Shown piece after piece: positions 1 through 13,904 of a stretch of 64,000 nucleotides of DNA. Every line of letters starts with the position of its first letter. Positions within the stretch are counted from its first letter, which is position 1. The stretch is taken from positions 9,796,001 through 9,860,000 of the forward strand of contig NC_043015.1 of NCBI RefSeq assembly GCF_006345805.1. The letters run 5' to 3'. The notes under the pieces are model-generated. The model had not been told where the DNA came from. It did no database searches and saw only the letters and a list, made by a program, of their open reading frames with translations. Made by a program: the position numbers and the translations under genes. Origin of the DNA: Octopus sinensis. Lineage: Eukaryota.

Positions 1-1222
1 CATATCAGCATTCAAGAAAGACAATATCTAACTATATATAATATTCTGTGTATATAGAAAGAGATGGAAGCCATGGCATAAACACAGTATGTTCCTTATA
101 TCTCATAATCTTAATAAAAAAATATTTCCAAATATTATACACAACATTGGGTTTCGAAATGAAATCAGTATCGAAAAATTATTAGCTTTATTATGCATGG
201 ATCTGATAGTGATAGAGAGGCATTTCCATCAATGACATACATATTCAAATATATTTTTGACTATTGTGTTACATCCATTTAAAGTTTAATGCTAGGTATG
301 CATATATGTTTATATAACAGTAGGAGATAAATATGCCACACTTTACTCAAAATCGTAAAGGTGATATAATAATGTTAATTTCACATTTTAACAGTTCGAA
401 AATATACCAGTCTACCAATTCAGTGAGTTTAACCATACAGTTTCTTCAAAGCCACACACATTCTGTTTGAAAATCTTCTCTACATATTGATTAATGGGTT
501 GCTGACCAGTGCTAGAATGCATCTGAATTATGTATGGTCAGCGGAAACCATTGGCCGAAAACAAAATGATTTTAATTGTAATCGCTTCATTTGATTTTAA
601 ATGAATGTCAAATCTTGTAAGAATATAGGCATGCACTGTGTTTGATATGTGTTTGTGTGCGTATGTGTGTGTGTGCGCGTGTGTGTGTTTGTGTGTTCGT
701 GTGCATGTGTGTTTGTGTTTGTGTTTGTGTATAATTGATTAAAAATATACTTCTCCTCGCGTTCTTTCTCCTCTACACACCACCAAAGCGTAGTCTAACA
801 GCATTCCACTGCTAGAAACACCGCTATGACTATATAACCCCGAACAGGTTACTGTTGGCCTGCAAGGCCTTTCAAAAATCTTTTAAAGACCTGCTAGACA
901 ACAAGAATACCCCATGCTTCCTATTTATTCCTATTTATTCACGTGGTCCAAGATAGTTTTCTTTGTAATTTTTTCATAATCGTTGAAATGTCCACGTCAC
1001 TTAAAAAACACCATGTGATACGACTTGATATATAACAGCCCCGTGTCGGCAGCAATGTGGACTTCCTCTATTTCTCCATTCGGTTATCTGAATCTCAGTG
1101 AGATAGATTTGTGTAAGATGTCCACGAAAATTCAAGTCACATGAATGCGATACAAATTGTTTAAATAATTGTAGGTAAATCTATAAGTAAATGTTTTGAG
1201 TGCTTTGTTTGTCCACTTACAC

Positions 1223-1225
<3 letters not shown>

Positions 1226-1311
<86 letters not shown>

Positions 1312-1440
1312 TGTGTGTGTGTGTATGTATGTGAGTGTGTATGTGTATGTGCCTGTCCTTGTGACTGTGTACACACACACACATATATATATAGTTTGCA
1401 TATTTATATACATACATATACATATGTATAATACATACAC
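1226..1440. repeat. Compound (TA)n/(TG)n/(CA)n microsatellite, representative of dozens in the window
   Basis: Dinucleotide arrays are directly visible and explain the YI/CV/TH-rich ORFs in the track. Confidence 0.95.
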
Positions 1441-3320
1441 AAACTATATATATTCATATATGCAAACAAACCGCTGTGAAATTGAAAGCTTCTTAAACTC
1501 CATAATCATGTATTTGACGTTCATATTTAATTTTTGTTTCATCTTATACATTATGTAAGAAGAAAATGGGGAAATAAATACAGATAACTTTTTATAAGAA
1601 AATATTCTGCTAAATGCATAACCATGAAATCATAAAGAAAATTATTCTAGTAACTGTATTTTAGAACTGTGTTCCGAATTGATATACCAGACACTTTTTA
1701 TTGCTTTTTTTCATCTTTTCACTCGTATTTTCCACAAACGTTTTGCTGCCGCAGATTCAATAAGTGATAAGTTCTTAAAAAACAAATTAAAAGATAGTGA
1801 AATATATTGATAACGATGAAACAGAGATATGACTACTTTGCCGAAAAAATACGAAGATTAGTGTAAATAAGTTTGCTTGAGACACATACAAATGCGTTTT
1901 TTAACCAATCGAAACCAACAAACGAGATGAAAGAATGATAAACAGAGTATTTAAGAATGTGGAATCTACAGAATAGCATCTTTAAATTATATTATAAAGG
2001 GTTCACAACATGAAATGTGATATGAGAGTAAACTCAGATAACTGCACAGATTTATTGAGGTATAAATGTGCTGTATATAAATTAGAATTTTAATACAACA
2101 TAGAAGAGGAAACTTCATACGAGGATAAGAGTAATTGCACAACCTCTTGAAAATACTACAGTGTAACGTTATTTTATTTCTGTCTTTGGTCAATAAGTGT
2201 TATTTCCTATTTGCTTCTATTTAGAAATGGAAGGATATGGTTTCTATTCCATTCAGCTTTTGTGACCTGAGTATCAATGTACAACGGGTTTGCTTGTCCG
2301 TTGCTTCACCTTAACCACCTGGGCATCTCACTTAGCACCTTGCAATATGTGCATCTCTGATCATAAGCAGAAGTGGGAGGAGGACATCAAAGCCGTGGTT
2401 GCGAGGGATTCTTTGAGGTTTGAATAAATTTAACAAAAGCAAAATTTAAAGGAAATATTTACCATTTTCCATACCTTCTAAGGGTTAGTAAATTAATAAC
2501 AGTTGCTACCCTAGGAGAAAAACCGTTTTACACACTGTATTTTGCATAATTAAAATCTATATATTTTAATATTGTAATCATTAATTAAGCTGGTATTGTA
2601 ATTTTACTCCCATGCATTGGCCTTTCACGAACCATAGTTTGTTTTAAATAAATATATTAAAATGTTATCTGCAATTAATTTCACTGAGAACAGATTAGGC
2701 ACCATATATTTTATATCATATATTGAGCAAGTGAAATTTCATACAAAAAATTCGTCAGTGGGGTGATAAACATCACCAAAAATGTTGTTCTGTTATACTT
2801 CAATTTGCATCCTTAAAATATATATAAATATAAAGATATATAAGCAAAGGCATATAAGCAAATAGATATACACACAGGCAGACACGCACATATTTATGAA
2901 TAATTATATATGTAATCTAATACAAGCATGCTCTGATGGACACGCATAAGTATGTATATATGTCTGACTTGGTGGATCTTGAGAACCTTCAGAATTAGAG
3001 AGAAGGAAAGTATGATAGTCCTCCGGGAGACATTCATCCTCCTCGGTTGGACTACTGTTCCCAACTATGGTCACTAACACTTTAAAATTAACAGCGGATT
3101 TTCAAGCAATCCAAATTCTGTTTGGACCTAAAACATATTCTTGTAACAACTTTCAACTTCCATATCTCTTCTCCATTTCATTGTCCTTTCCTTCGATCTG
3201 CCCCTGGTTTTCTCCTTCAATTAATGTTGCGCATGCTTCCAAATTGTTTCCATTGCTATGATCACAACATTTTCCCATCATTTTCTTGCTTTCTGCTGTT
3301 TTTATCTGTTCATAGATTTA

Positions 3321-3379
<59 letters not shown>

Positions 3380-3411
3380 GTTTGATTTACCTATATAATA
3401 TATGTTTGATT

Positions 3412-3464
<53 letters not shown>

Positions 3465-4352
3465 ATATGTATAAGAGCGTGTCTGTGCGTATATATGTTT
3501 ATATGTGGCTGTGCATGTATGCGCGTGTGAGTATACAGAAATATATGGGAAGAGTGAAAGCGAGTGTACATATTCATCTTATTATCTTCTTATAGCACGA
3601 TGTCTCTGTTTATACAAATAAAATCAGTTTTTACTTTAATTTAGATAACGATTCCACTTTTCTTAGAAACGAAATTAAAAAAAAACAAAAGATCATATTT
3701 TATGGTTTACCATTATAAATTCTTCATGTTTTATTTTTAGGTTGGACTGCTTCACAACAGTTTGCATATAATAGATATTGCGCAGAAAATTTGTATAAGT
3801 TGACTAACATTCTTCGAAACAATTATTACTGTAATTTACAACATATTCTCCATTTACTTTTTGTGCACATTAACTGCATCAATAACGATTTGTATCTCAT
3901 AGATTTTCAGGATTCATTTAGTTTTTGTATATTCCTCTATTATGTTTTGAATATATTGAGATATTATTGTTATTTTTTCTTTCTGTTTTTACACTAAAGT
4001 TTGCATCAAAATAATTAATGTTATCATTTTTTTGCATAACTTATGATTTATGATTCATATTGCTTATTTCCTCTTATTTTCATATATCTGTTTGTTACTG
4101 ATTTATTCTAGCAGCAGACATTGCACTGAAATGCAATCATTTATTTATACGCTAATATTATATATGTATACATATATAGATACATACACATGCATATACA
4201 TACATGCATACTTACATACATGCTCATACATATACATATAAATAGACAAGAATCAAAAGAATTATATGCACGTAAACACATGTATAAATGAAAATGCATA
4301 TGTAAACACAAACTCATATACATGAATATACATACATATATATGTGTGTGTG

Positions 4353-4398
<46 letters not shown>

Positions 4399-4698
4399 CA
4401 TACATAAATACATGCATACGTATATTCACACATCTATTGCTGCAATTTCCTCCATCCATCCATCCATGCATCCAACCACATGTGTGTGTGCGGGTGTATG
4501 TGTGTGCAAAACGTAGGTGCTGCGGTCTCCAAAACAGTTTACCACAGGGCACAACGGCAGCCGTCTTTTACCAGTTTGACGTGGGTGGTCCCACAGCGCT
4601 CTACGTCATATAGCTACACGCGTGCGCGGTCCATCCGGTGGTTCTGTCACGCTACAACATTTTTTCCACTTTCTGCTTAGTTATATATATATATATAA

Positions 4699-5500
4699 TT
4701 GTAGAGTTCTGGTTGCGAAGGTAAATTTGCTTTTGTTTGTCTCTCAACGCCATCCATGACGTAGTAGTTTAGGGTTTTAAATTAATCGAGTTAAGTGTCA
4801 ATGTATTTAAGAGTCCACATGTTTAACAGTTATGATAATGACATTTTCAGCCATTAGCAACTGAAATGTTTCTGTATTCCCGCTTTTCAGTCTGGGAACA
4901 ATGTACGGTCATACTCTTGCTTAGACCGTTTTTAGTTGGTTAATATATTGCTCTCGACACCCTGAGCAAGTTAATACTTATACCAGGTTTTTCGAAGCAC
5001 GTGTAAAGATTTTTTTCTGTATTAAACGTTGACTCTGTTTAAAGCAGAACCACAATCTCCCAATTTAGTTGACACATGTACTACAATTATATCCTCCCCA
5101 TTATTTTACTCTCGGATCGAATTTGACGAGTGTACTTGGGCTTGTTTTAGAATAATTTTCATTGACGTGGACTGTATTTTGCTCCTTAGGCTGATGTGTG
5201 TTCGGAGAATTTGATTCAAACTATGGTCCATTTTTAGTAAAGCATTGTTCTTCAGGATGGTGTCGAAGGCCTCATTGTTTAGGGGGTTGTGTGTGGATAT
5301 GTATGGTAGGGCTTTTATTTGTAATCCATTCTTTAGTTTGGGATGTCGTGGATATTAAGTTTTAGAGCATGTTGTAAAAATATTCCACGATGTTTTCTTT
5401 CATACCGTTGTTGTTTGGACGTTGTTGGGTGCGTGTAAAGTTGAGCCCTTTGGAGAGTATGTTAGTTCTGTGTGTGTTAGTTCTTTGGTGTTAGTTGTTT
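4699..5500 (-). mobile_element. Decayed, internally deleted Penelope-like retroelement (N-terminal motif, linker, GIY-YIG endonuclease remnant)
   Basis: Minus-strand translation gives ILSKGLNFT (~5437-5460), IKALPYISTHNPLNNEAF...SKIQSTSMKIILKQA (~5140-5320) and FTRASKNLV*VLTCSGCREQYINQ (~4940-5007), which resembles the PLE CxxC/GIY-YIG region. It has stops and frameshifts and abuts (TA)n. Confidence 0.7.
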
Positions 5501-6999
5501 GTGTGTTCGATTGAGGGATTTTATCACTTTTGGTTTCTCCTGTATATCAATTATCCCAGTGTCTCTGTACTGGGTCAAAAAGATGACTGAAGTGCTTGGT
5601 ACAGTAGCTGTTATCAACAAGCTGTCCCCTGTTGCTGTGTGATTCCATGTTGTGATTTATGGTGCGGATTATTGGGAGAGGATTGAAAAGTGCGTCTCTA
5701 TATATCATGTTCGGATGTGGTGCTTTAGAGGGACGTCGTTGGTAATTACTTCGTGTTGTATGGCTTCATTGTGCAGAAATCCTTTCGGAAATATATATAC
5801 ACGTTTAGTCTATTTAATAGAATAGCGTGTTGGAATTTGGTCTGTTATTAAAAAACATGGATGACCTCGAAAATTGATCGTTGAATTTCAATAGTTTCAG
5901 TTAAAAAGTAAACAACGTGTATATGATACCCAAGAATCGTACTTCTACACTATTAATTAAACAGACTAATGTAGGAACCCACATTTTCATCTAATATATA
6001 TATAAATAAGTTACACTAATAATTATAGGGTAGGTGACATTTCTCTGTTCATAAAATTAAAAGAATATATATTTATTGGGTTTTTGTCAATTCATAAATT
6101 TAGAAATATATATTTATTGGTTTTTGATAAATTTAATTAAAATACACTTTGTTTGAATGATACAATAATAACCTATGTTCTTAAAGTTAAATATACTTTC
6201 TTTGGATTTACTGATTTTCTGTGAAAGTACACACTGTGTATATGCCAACATTCTTCTATACCATTAATTAAATAGTCCAGTATATGTACGAAACGAAATT
6301 ATCAATTAATATATCAACATAGATAATTACTTTAATAACTAATGTAACGTCTTTCAATAATAACAGACAAAAAACTAAATAAGTGAAAGTAGCAAATAAG
6401 TACACACCTAGAACCATTTTTTACCAATAATTGTGAACACAAATAAATATGGTGAATATTATACAAAGGTAAATGCAAGTTTATAAACCTATATATACAT
6501 ATGTACATATAAAGCTATATATAATTATATACAAATAGTGAAGGCAAGTTTATAAACTTACATAGTCAATGAGGAATGTGTTTACAGACATGCTGAAGAA
6601 AGATAAAGATAAATGGCTTGCCAGTAAAAAGATAGCTTGTAAGACTCAAAAGGGTGATGAGTGACATGACCTAGTTCTTCTGAACTAGGCCTATCCCTTA
6701 TCCAGTGAGGTCGAAATCAACTTCTAGCTATGTTTAGAAGTGAATCCAACACTCACATTCTACGATTGAATTAGTATGAACTATCCAACCGTTAGGATGT
6801 GAGAAAAGGTAACAGTCGAGTTTTATATTGATGACAGTCAAATTTGCCCTCATGAGGGATTTTGATTGTTCAAATTTATAATGCGATTTAATAGCATAAA
6901 TATGGATTTAAGTTATAAATCGAAACGCACGTAGGCAACATGAACTGACTGCTATAATAAACATTCATCATTCTGTGTATGTATTCTCCATTTTCTTTC

Positions 7000-7052
<53 letters not shown>

Positions 7053-7136
7053 GGGGGGAGGGAGAGAGAGAGTGAGAGAGTGAGAGTAAGATTGCGTGAG
7101 AGCCAGTTTTATACATATGTGTGTGTTTGTGTGTGT

Positions 7137-7176
<40 letters not shown>

Positions 7177-7184
7177 AATTAAAA

Positions 7185-7267
7185 AATCTTTCCATCAGCC
7201 AAATCTAGATCACAAGTCTTTGGTCGACGGAGATCTATTGCAGACAGCACCTACAATATGAGCCGCG
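7185..7267 (-). mobile_element. Degenerate 5'-half fragment of the CORE-type SINE seen at 48744
   Basis: Reverse complement resembles 48810-48900 (caaatc...cacaag.ctttggtcg.c). Confidence 0.45.
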
Positions 7268-8019
7268 AAATTTCTAATTATAAGAGTGTTTGCACTGAAG
7301 AAACGTAAATATTGCAATCATGTCAGCAACTAGGCTCCTACTTCGATATATCAAATTATGTGTAGTTTTATAATAGAGAATTTAAAGAACTTGTTAATGT
7401 TTTACTTTAATACCTGTAAGACATTTACAATCGTATTCGTGTACAATTAATGCATCTAAAATAATGTATAACTTAGCGTATTTTCTTCGGGAAACCATTC
7501 AATCAGAGATAATAATGTTAAATTAGACTCGGTGTATTTAATGTTCTGTACGTAATATTAACTACGCAGTGTTGGACAAACATTGTCTCAATGGTAAATA
7601 TTCATTTATTCATTTCGGTATGCATTCCAAACGCGTTTATCTGCTATCATTCATCATAAGCGAATGAATACCTGGCTGGAGCACTAATTAAAAAAGGTTT
7701 AGTGAAAGTAACCATGACCTGAGTTCAGGTGATTAAGGCCAAGTTATCTTTTTCTCTTTCAAATTAGACTGATGATGGTCACCTCATTGAATATATTGGC
7801 ATTAATTTAATGACTGTGTGGATTAATTTAAACGCACACACAGCCTTTCATCATGTTCTGCTGTGAGATCATGACCTTCCAATGTTAGATACATGCATGT
7901 TGATTATCTACAATTAAATTATTTTCGTTGGATTACAAACTGTGTAACAGCTAAATATAACTACGTTCATACAAACGGCATAAGATTGCAAATTGTATGA
8001 ATAATACTGAGTTAATACA

Positions 8020-8310
8020 TAGCTATCTCGGGAAGATTTTACTTTTCAACCAAATGGTTCTGGGTTCCACTCCACTGTGTCGCATCATCGGAATATATCT
8101 TCTACTGTAGCCCAAACGAACTTAAATGTGCGGAAACTGAAAGTAACACATTATACACGTGTGCATATATATGTTGGTGAACTTAATCAACGTAACATAG
8201 CGGTTCGAGATTAGAACACGAGGGTATTAGTACCGGGTCCATTTTGTTCGACTCGCAATCCCTCAAGTCTACTGCTCTACGCGTCTACAGCTCTCTGACT
8301 TAAATATGCA
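8020..8310 (+). mobile_element. Old degenerate copy of the CORE-type SINE
   Basis: Shares atggttc.gggtt, tct.ctact.tagcc, cggaaactgaaag and cgtaac.tagcggttcg with 48744-49200. Confidence 0.65.
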
Positions 8311-10347
8311 ACAGTACAGCGACGAAAGGTATATAAGGTTATTGATTGTTACCCTTTAATTGCTCTTGATATGACGCATGACTAAAATAATTCCATTTGC
8401 ACTACGCAACATTTTCAAAGTGCATAACAAAACGTCAGCAACTGTTTGCTCTTTTTCTTTAACTCTGCACAGAACACAAACATTTCAGGCTACTTTTAAC
8501 AGCCTAATATCCAGAGTAGTCTCTCCCTCTCTCATTGCCCAGCGTATACTATTCCTATATTGAATTTTTCACAGTTTCATTGACAAGTATCGTGATGTTG
8601 ATTATTTTACAGGTCACCTCAATTTGTGCCTAACGAACGATACAAAACTAACATTTTACTGAACTGAAAATAAAAATTAAATGCTTAGATTAAAATGTCG
8701 GAGAAGATAACTAACTAATAAAAATAAAATGAAGAATCAATATTAATTCTTTTCTATGTTCTTTATGCCCACAAAATCAGGCACTAAAATATGGCGAATC
8801 CAATTATAAGTTTATATTGTAATATTTCATACTTAAAGCTGACTAAAGAATTTTAAACAATGTAAGAAAAAAATTCCAAATGAAATTAATAGATTTATTA
8901 CAGTAAAGCTGCAATTTATTTCAATATAATTTACGAACGAGATATACATGTGTGTGTGTGTGTGTGTGTCTTGTGTGTGTATGTTCCTGCATCTGTGTTT
9001 TGTGCGTATGTTCGTATTTATTCCTGTGTGTGTGAATATATATTTAGAAATATATATATCTATATCTATATCAATCTATCAATATTTATACAAACATACA
9101 CACACTCACACACATATATATCTATATATATATATATACACCGACACATATGTGTGTATATATGTATATATATGCATATATATGTATATCTATATTTGTA
9201 TATATATATATATATTATATATATATATAAATTTTGATATATACAGACACAGGTACGCACACACGTATATACACACACATACACACACATGAAAATATAT
9301 ATAGGTATATGAATGAGTGTGTCAAACACATGTCTAAATCTCCATTTGAGAGTCTGCACATATAATGCGAATTCTTATGATTCAATTCTAAATTTATTTA
9401 TCATTTACGAAATATTTTGCTAAGAATAAGAAACAAGAGATTAAATTATACACAAATATCAGCTTCAAGACTAGAGTAATAAAAAGAGTTATCCCTATTT
9501 TGTATAGCTGAATGCTATAGTATGTTCATGCGTATTTTGCTATTCGTTTTCTCTGCGTATTTATTTCCTATAGCTACTTAAGTTTTCATTTCTATTTTCA
9601 TTTATTAATTTCACGTTTGTCTTTATAATGCACGTAAATAAATTATGAAAAGGCGAGATGCACACTGCAGCAATTTATTACAGTGAACAACGTGAGAAAA
9701 TATAATTAAGTCAATATCAATTTTATACATTAATTAACCAGCTACTTCAGTTCAGTTTTCAATAATTACCATAGTCTTCTAGCAAAGCTCTGACTAAAGT
9801 AGGAAAACTACATACCGAAAAATGAAAGAAAAAAAAAGCACAGAAATTCATACAGTTAGGTAGATAGGAGCAAAGGCATGAATAAATATGCGTCTTTAAA
9901 TGTTGATATTTATGTATATGTATATGCTAAAACTATTAAAAAAACCTGTGAATCAAAATATTATTTTAGAAAGTCCACCATTATTTGTTTTATTTTCTAA
10001 ATACATTTCCCGGCTTCACATGCACAGACTCGGACCCTCATAAACGTACATGGAATATATGTATATATGTACATATATCTGTGTGTGTACATCTTCATAT
10101 ATATAATATATATATATGTGTGTGTGTGGGTGTGTGGGTGTATGTATGTATGTGTGTGTGTGTGTGTGTGTTTGTGTGTGTGCATATATGTTTTTTATCT
10201 TCCGTGAGGAAGTGAGACGCAAAGGGTTCACAACTGTGGACTATATATGTATATGTATGTGTGTCTCTGAGTGTGTATGGGTATGTGCGTTGTGTGAGTG
10301 TATGTGTGTGTGTCTGTGTCTGTGTCTGTGTGTGTGTATGCGAACGT

Positions 10348-10544
10348 GAAAGCGCATGACTCCCTGGCCGTTCGTTCGCCTCATAATCATGAGGTGATGA
10401 GTCCCATTCCTGGACATGTTCCTGCAGTTCACTCAGCTGTAGAAATTAGTTGCGAATCAATGTTTCCAAGCTATGTCGGCCTTTGCCTTTCCCTTGGATA
10501 ACATCGGTGGCGTGGAGATGGGATACATGTTTGCATAGGCCACT
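10348..10544 (+). mobile_element. Truncated tRNA-derived SINE, same family as 40186
   Basis: Colinear with 40186-40425: gaaagcgcatg, actcagct.tagaaat.agttgcga, ccaagct, cccttggataacat..gtgg.gtggaga. Confidence 0.8.
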
Positions 10545-10556
10545 ATGCATATATAT

Positions 10557-10633
<77 letters not shown>

Positions 10634-10719
10634 GTATAAAAAATTACTATTTTTAAATCTCACAAGAGATATTCAGCAATGGTACTTTGGAGTGAATTAC
10701 AGCAACATTCGTCGTAATC

Positions 10720-11025
10720 CAGGATTGGCATATTATTTCGCAAACAACCGTTATATATATAATGAGAAAAAAGATCGTCAGAATTTGGGAAACAATTGTT
10801 TTATCTCTTCATTATTATATAGCGCTTTCATTCGTTTCTTGAACTTGTCAAATAGAATGTTTTGAATGCACAAACAGCTTGTTCATTTATATAAAACAGA
10901 TGGGGTTTTTTTGTTTGGTATCTTATTTAGAAGAACTGAACATTGTTTTTGTTTTTGTTGATGAGGTTCATTGGCAATGGGGATAAATGGATACAAATAT
11001 AGGTAGGTTGATAGGCTGATAGATG

Positions 11026-11094
<69 letters not shown>

Positions 11095-11118
11095 AGATAT
11101 ATTGATAGATAGATAGAC

Positions 11119-11191
<73 letters not shown>

Positions 11192-11979
11192 TGTAGTGAA
11201 ACAGATAGATAGATACATACATACATAAAGAGATAGGTAGGTAGACGGAGAGAGAAAATGATCCCCTTTCTATTATCCATTCATCTATTTTGTCATGTTC
11301 CCAAACACACGCAAACGCACACATGCACACACACACACACACAAATACACACACCCACAAAAACATACAACACACACACACACTTCATCAAGGGAATCTC
11401 TCCAAAATTGAATGTTTGAAGCGGAGAAAATATATTTAGTACTCTAAATATATACCAAAGGGGAGAAAAACAAATAGTAAAAAATTAGGAAGGAGGAGTA
11501 AAAGGCTAGGAAAGTGAAAACAAAGAAAGGAAAAGAGAGAAGAGAGAAAGAAAGCAAACAACTTTCAATAATGACCATACCACACCACACCATTTGTACT
11601 GAAAGAGTTCATCCCTTTCAATACAATGGTAAATGACTAAATAATTACATACATGATGAATAGGAAGGGGGCTTCCCCCTCTTTCTCTCTCTACCTATCT
11701 AACTATCTATCTATTTATCTATCTATTTATCAGCCTATCTATCTACCTATATTTCTATCTCCATTGTCATGGAACTTTTCCTACAAAAACAAAAACAATG
11801 TACTCCTCTTCTAAACATGACACCCCAAAAAACATCTTTTTAATATAAATGAACAAGGTGTTTGTGTATACACAAAATTATATTTGACAAGTTCGAGAAA
11901 CGAAATGAAGAAATAAAAAGATTTTCCAAAATTCTGATGAGCTTTTTTCTTAAAATTCAATTTCTGTTCACCAATCCTG
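10720..11979. repeat. Large diverged inverted duplication (fold-back) with a spacer of about 380 bp
   Basis: 10764-11274 is the reverse complement of 11659-11952 in blocks (gaacttgtcaaata, ttgttcatttatat, cattgtttttgtttttgt, gataggctgata). The outer caggattgg/ccaatcctg match extends it to 10720/11979. Confidence 0.8.
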
Positions 11980-12903
11980 ATACACAATACATAAATACAC
12001 ACACACGCACACATTTGTGTGCGTGTGTGTGTATGTATGTATGTGTGTATGTGTGTGTGTGTGTGTGTAAAATGCATCACTACAAGGCATCCACGAGCGA
12101 TAAGAACAGAACGAATTAACACATAATGAGAGACAAGTACGGGACAAAATACCAAAAGAATTCTAACCACCCCTCAGTTGTCGTCTGGTAATTACTCCCT
12201 ATTTCGCACTTTCAACGAAAATAGTGGAAAACTTAATAAAACAGCAGCATCCAGAAATTTTTAAATATAAAATTTTTTGAGATTTAGAGAGAGTGAACTT
12301 AAAGAGTAAAGAGTAAACAACTGACACATATACACAAACATGTATTGCTTGTATGTTTATGAGGGTCTGATTCTGCGCATGTGAAGCCGGGAAATGAATT
12401 TAGAAAATAAAACACATAAATAATGGTGGACTTTCTAAAATAATAAGGGCCGTTATATCAAGACGCTTTGCAGTGGGTAATGCCTGGGAGGAATTTTGAA
12501 AGGATATATAGAATAAATACAGGAAAATAGTAAAAGAAAAAATGAGGACAAAAAATGGAGTGAGAAAAAAGGACGTCCAGCTAAGTAGGAGTCACGTCCA
12601 GAAAAGATAGAGATGAAGAAATTGGCCAGTAGTCACGTGGGAACACACAGGAAGAAGAGAAGAGAGACAAGAGAGACGTTGAGGGAAAGAAAGAAGAGGA
12701 ATGAAGAGAAGGGAGAAGGAATGAAAGATAGTAAATGGTGAAAGAAACACAGACAGGGGACAGCAAAGAAGGTGGAGAAACGGAAAATAAAGGTGTTTTT
12801 AGAGGGGTAGAGAGAAAGAAAGGGACCAGAGTACAGTTGCTGAAATTATAAATAAAAGTAAAAAAACTTACTGTGTGTATCTATCTATCTATATATATAT
12901 ATA

Positions 12904-13002
<99 letters not shown>

Positions 13003-13125
13003 ATATATATATAATATATATATATATATATCAATTTGTGCAATAAAATCTCATGTTTATATCTGCTTTGGATAATTAGAGTTTCAATACTGGAGGTATA
13101 CATAAAATGACAGTAAAATAGATTT

Positions 13126-13172
13126 TGATATCCTCATGATATCCTCATGATATCCTCATGATATCCTCATGA
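13126..13172. repeat. 11-bp tandem repeat (tgatatcctca), about 4 copies
   Basis: Directly visible. Confidence 0.9.
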
Positions 13173-13330
13173 AAGTTATGATTGTTTCTGTCAGGTGCTG
13201 CTATAGATATCTTTTAAAGCAAAAGTCAGACATTGACCTCTTTTACGTGCTCTGATCAATATTCACAAATATACATATATCATTAAAATAAGGCACGATC
13301 TTATGTATTTTTGCCCACACATTAATATAT

Positions 13331-13904
13331 CCGGGATGTGACCGATAAATTGTTGCCATATTATACTTTTAGTTTCACGCATACGCATGTTTGTTTTTGA
13401 TTTTGTCAACTACAGTAGGGTCAATTGGGCACCGTCTAAGTGAAAACCAGTACCGTGATGCGATTCACTCTGTCAGAAATTTGGAAACATGCTGTATTGC
13501 TTGCCATTCTCGCCTAAATGTCCATTACGAACAACTCAGATTGTTTGAATGTGAATCTGAGGACAGTGCAATCTGAGGACATGATAAAAATCAAACACCC
13601 AGTCAACATCATGCTGTTTGTTGTGAGCACTAGTGATGGTTATAACACCAACAATGATATAAAAGGCAAGGATTACGGCAGCATTCTCCATCTTAAACCA
13701 GGAGACTATCCAGAAGAATTGCAGGAAATTCCGAAGTCATCTGGATGCCGTGGTTGAAGCCAATGGCGATTTTATTGAATATATTTATTATTTAATATTT
13801 CAAAATATTTTTATGCAAATTTGGCGAATATATCTGTTAAAATGCGATGCCAGCATTATTTTCATTTTTCCGTAATTTAGACGGCAGTTAATCATCGCAC
13901 CCCA
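13331..13904 (+). mobile_element. Internally deleted Tc1/mariner-superfamily element (maT/DD37D-like)
   Basis: Fragments translate as MRFTLSEIWKHAVLLA, DCLNVNLRTVQ (HTH-like), IKHPVNIMLFVVSTSDG and KARITAAFSILNQETIQKNCRKFRSHLDAVVEANGDFIE, a typical transposase C-terminus. Ends are degenerate inverted repeats with TA at the right. The subfamily call is by resemblance because the catalytic spacing is deleted. Confidence 0.75.

Noticed and set aside
3130-3305. Possible RTE-type LINE C-terminus on minus (RGR-like patch)
   Set aside because: Too degraded, with one weak motif only.
4510-4680. GC-rich island, also 780-1130 and 49630-49796, as possible promoter or solo LTR
   Set aside because: No TG...CA pair with TSD, no second copy in the window and no linked gene.
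12080-12260. Possible further HHR-bearing fragment on minus
   Set aside because: The core cannot be reconstructed from this copy.
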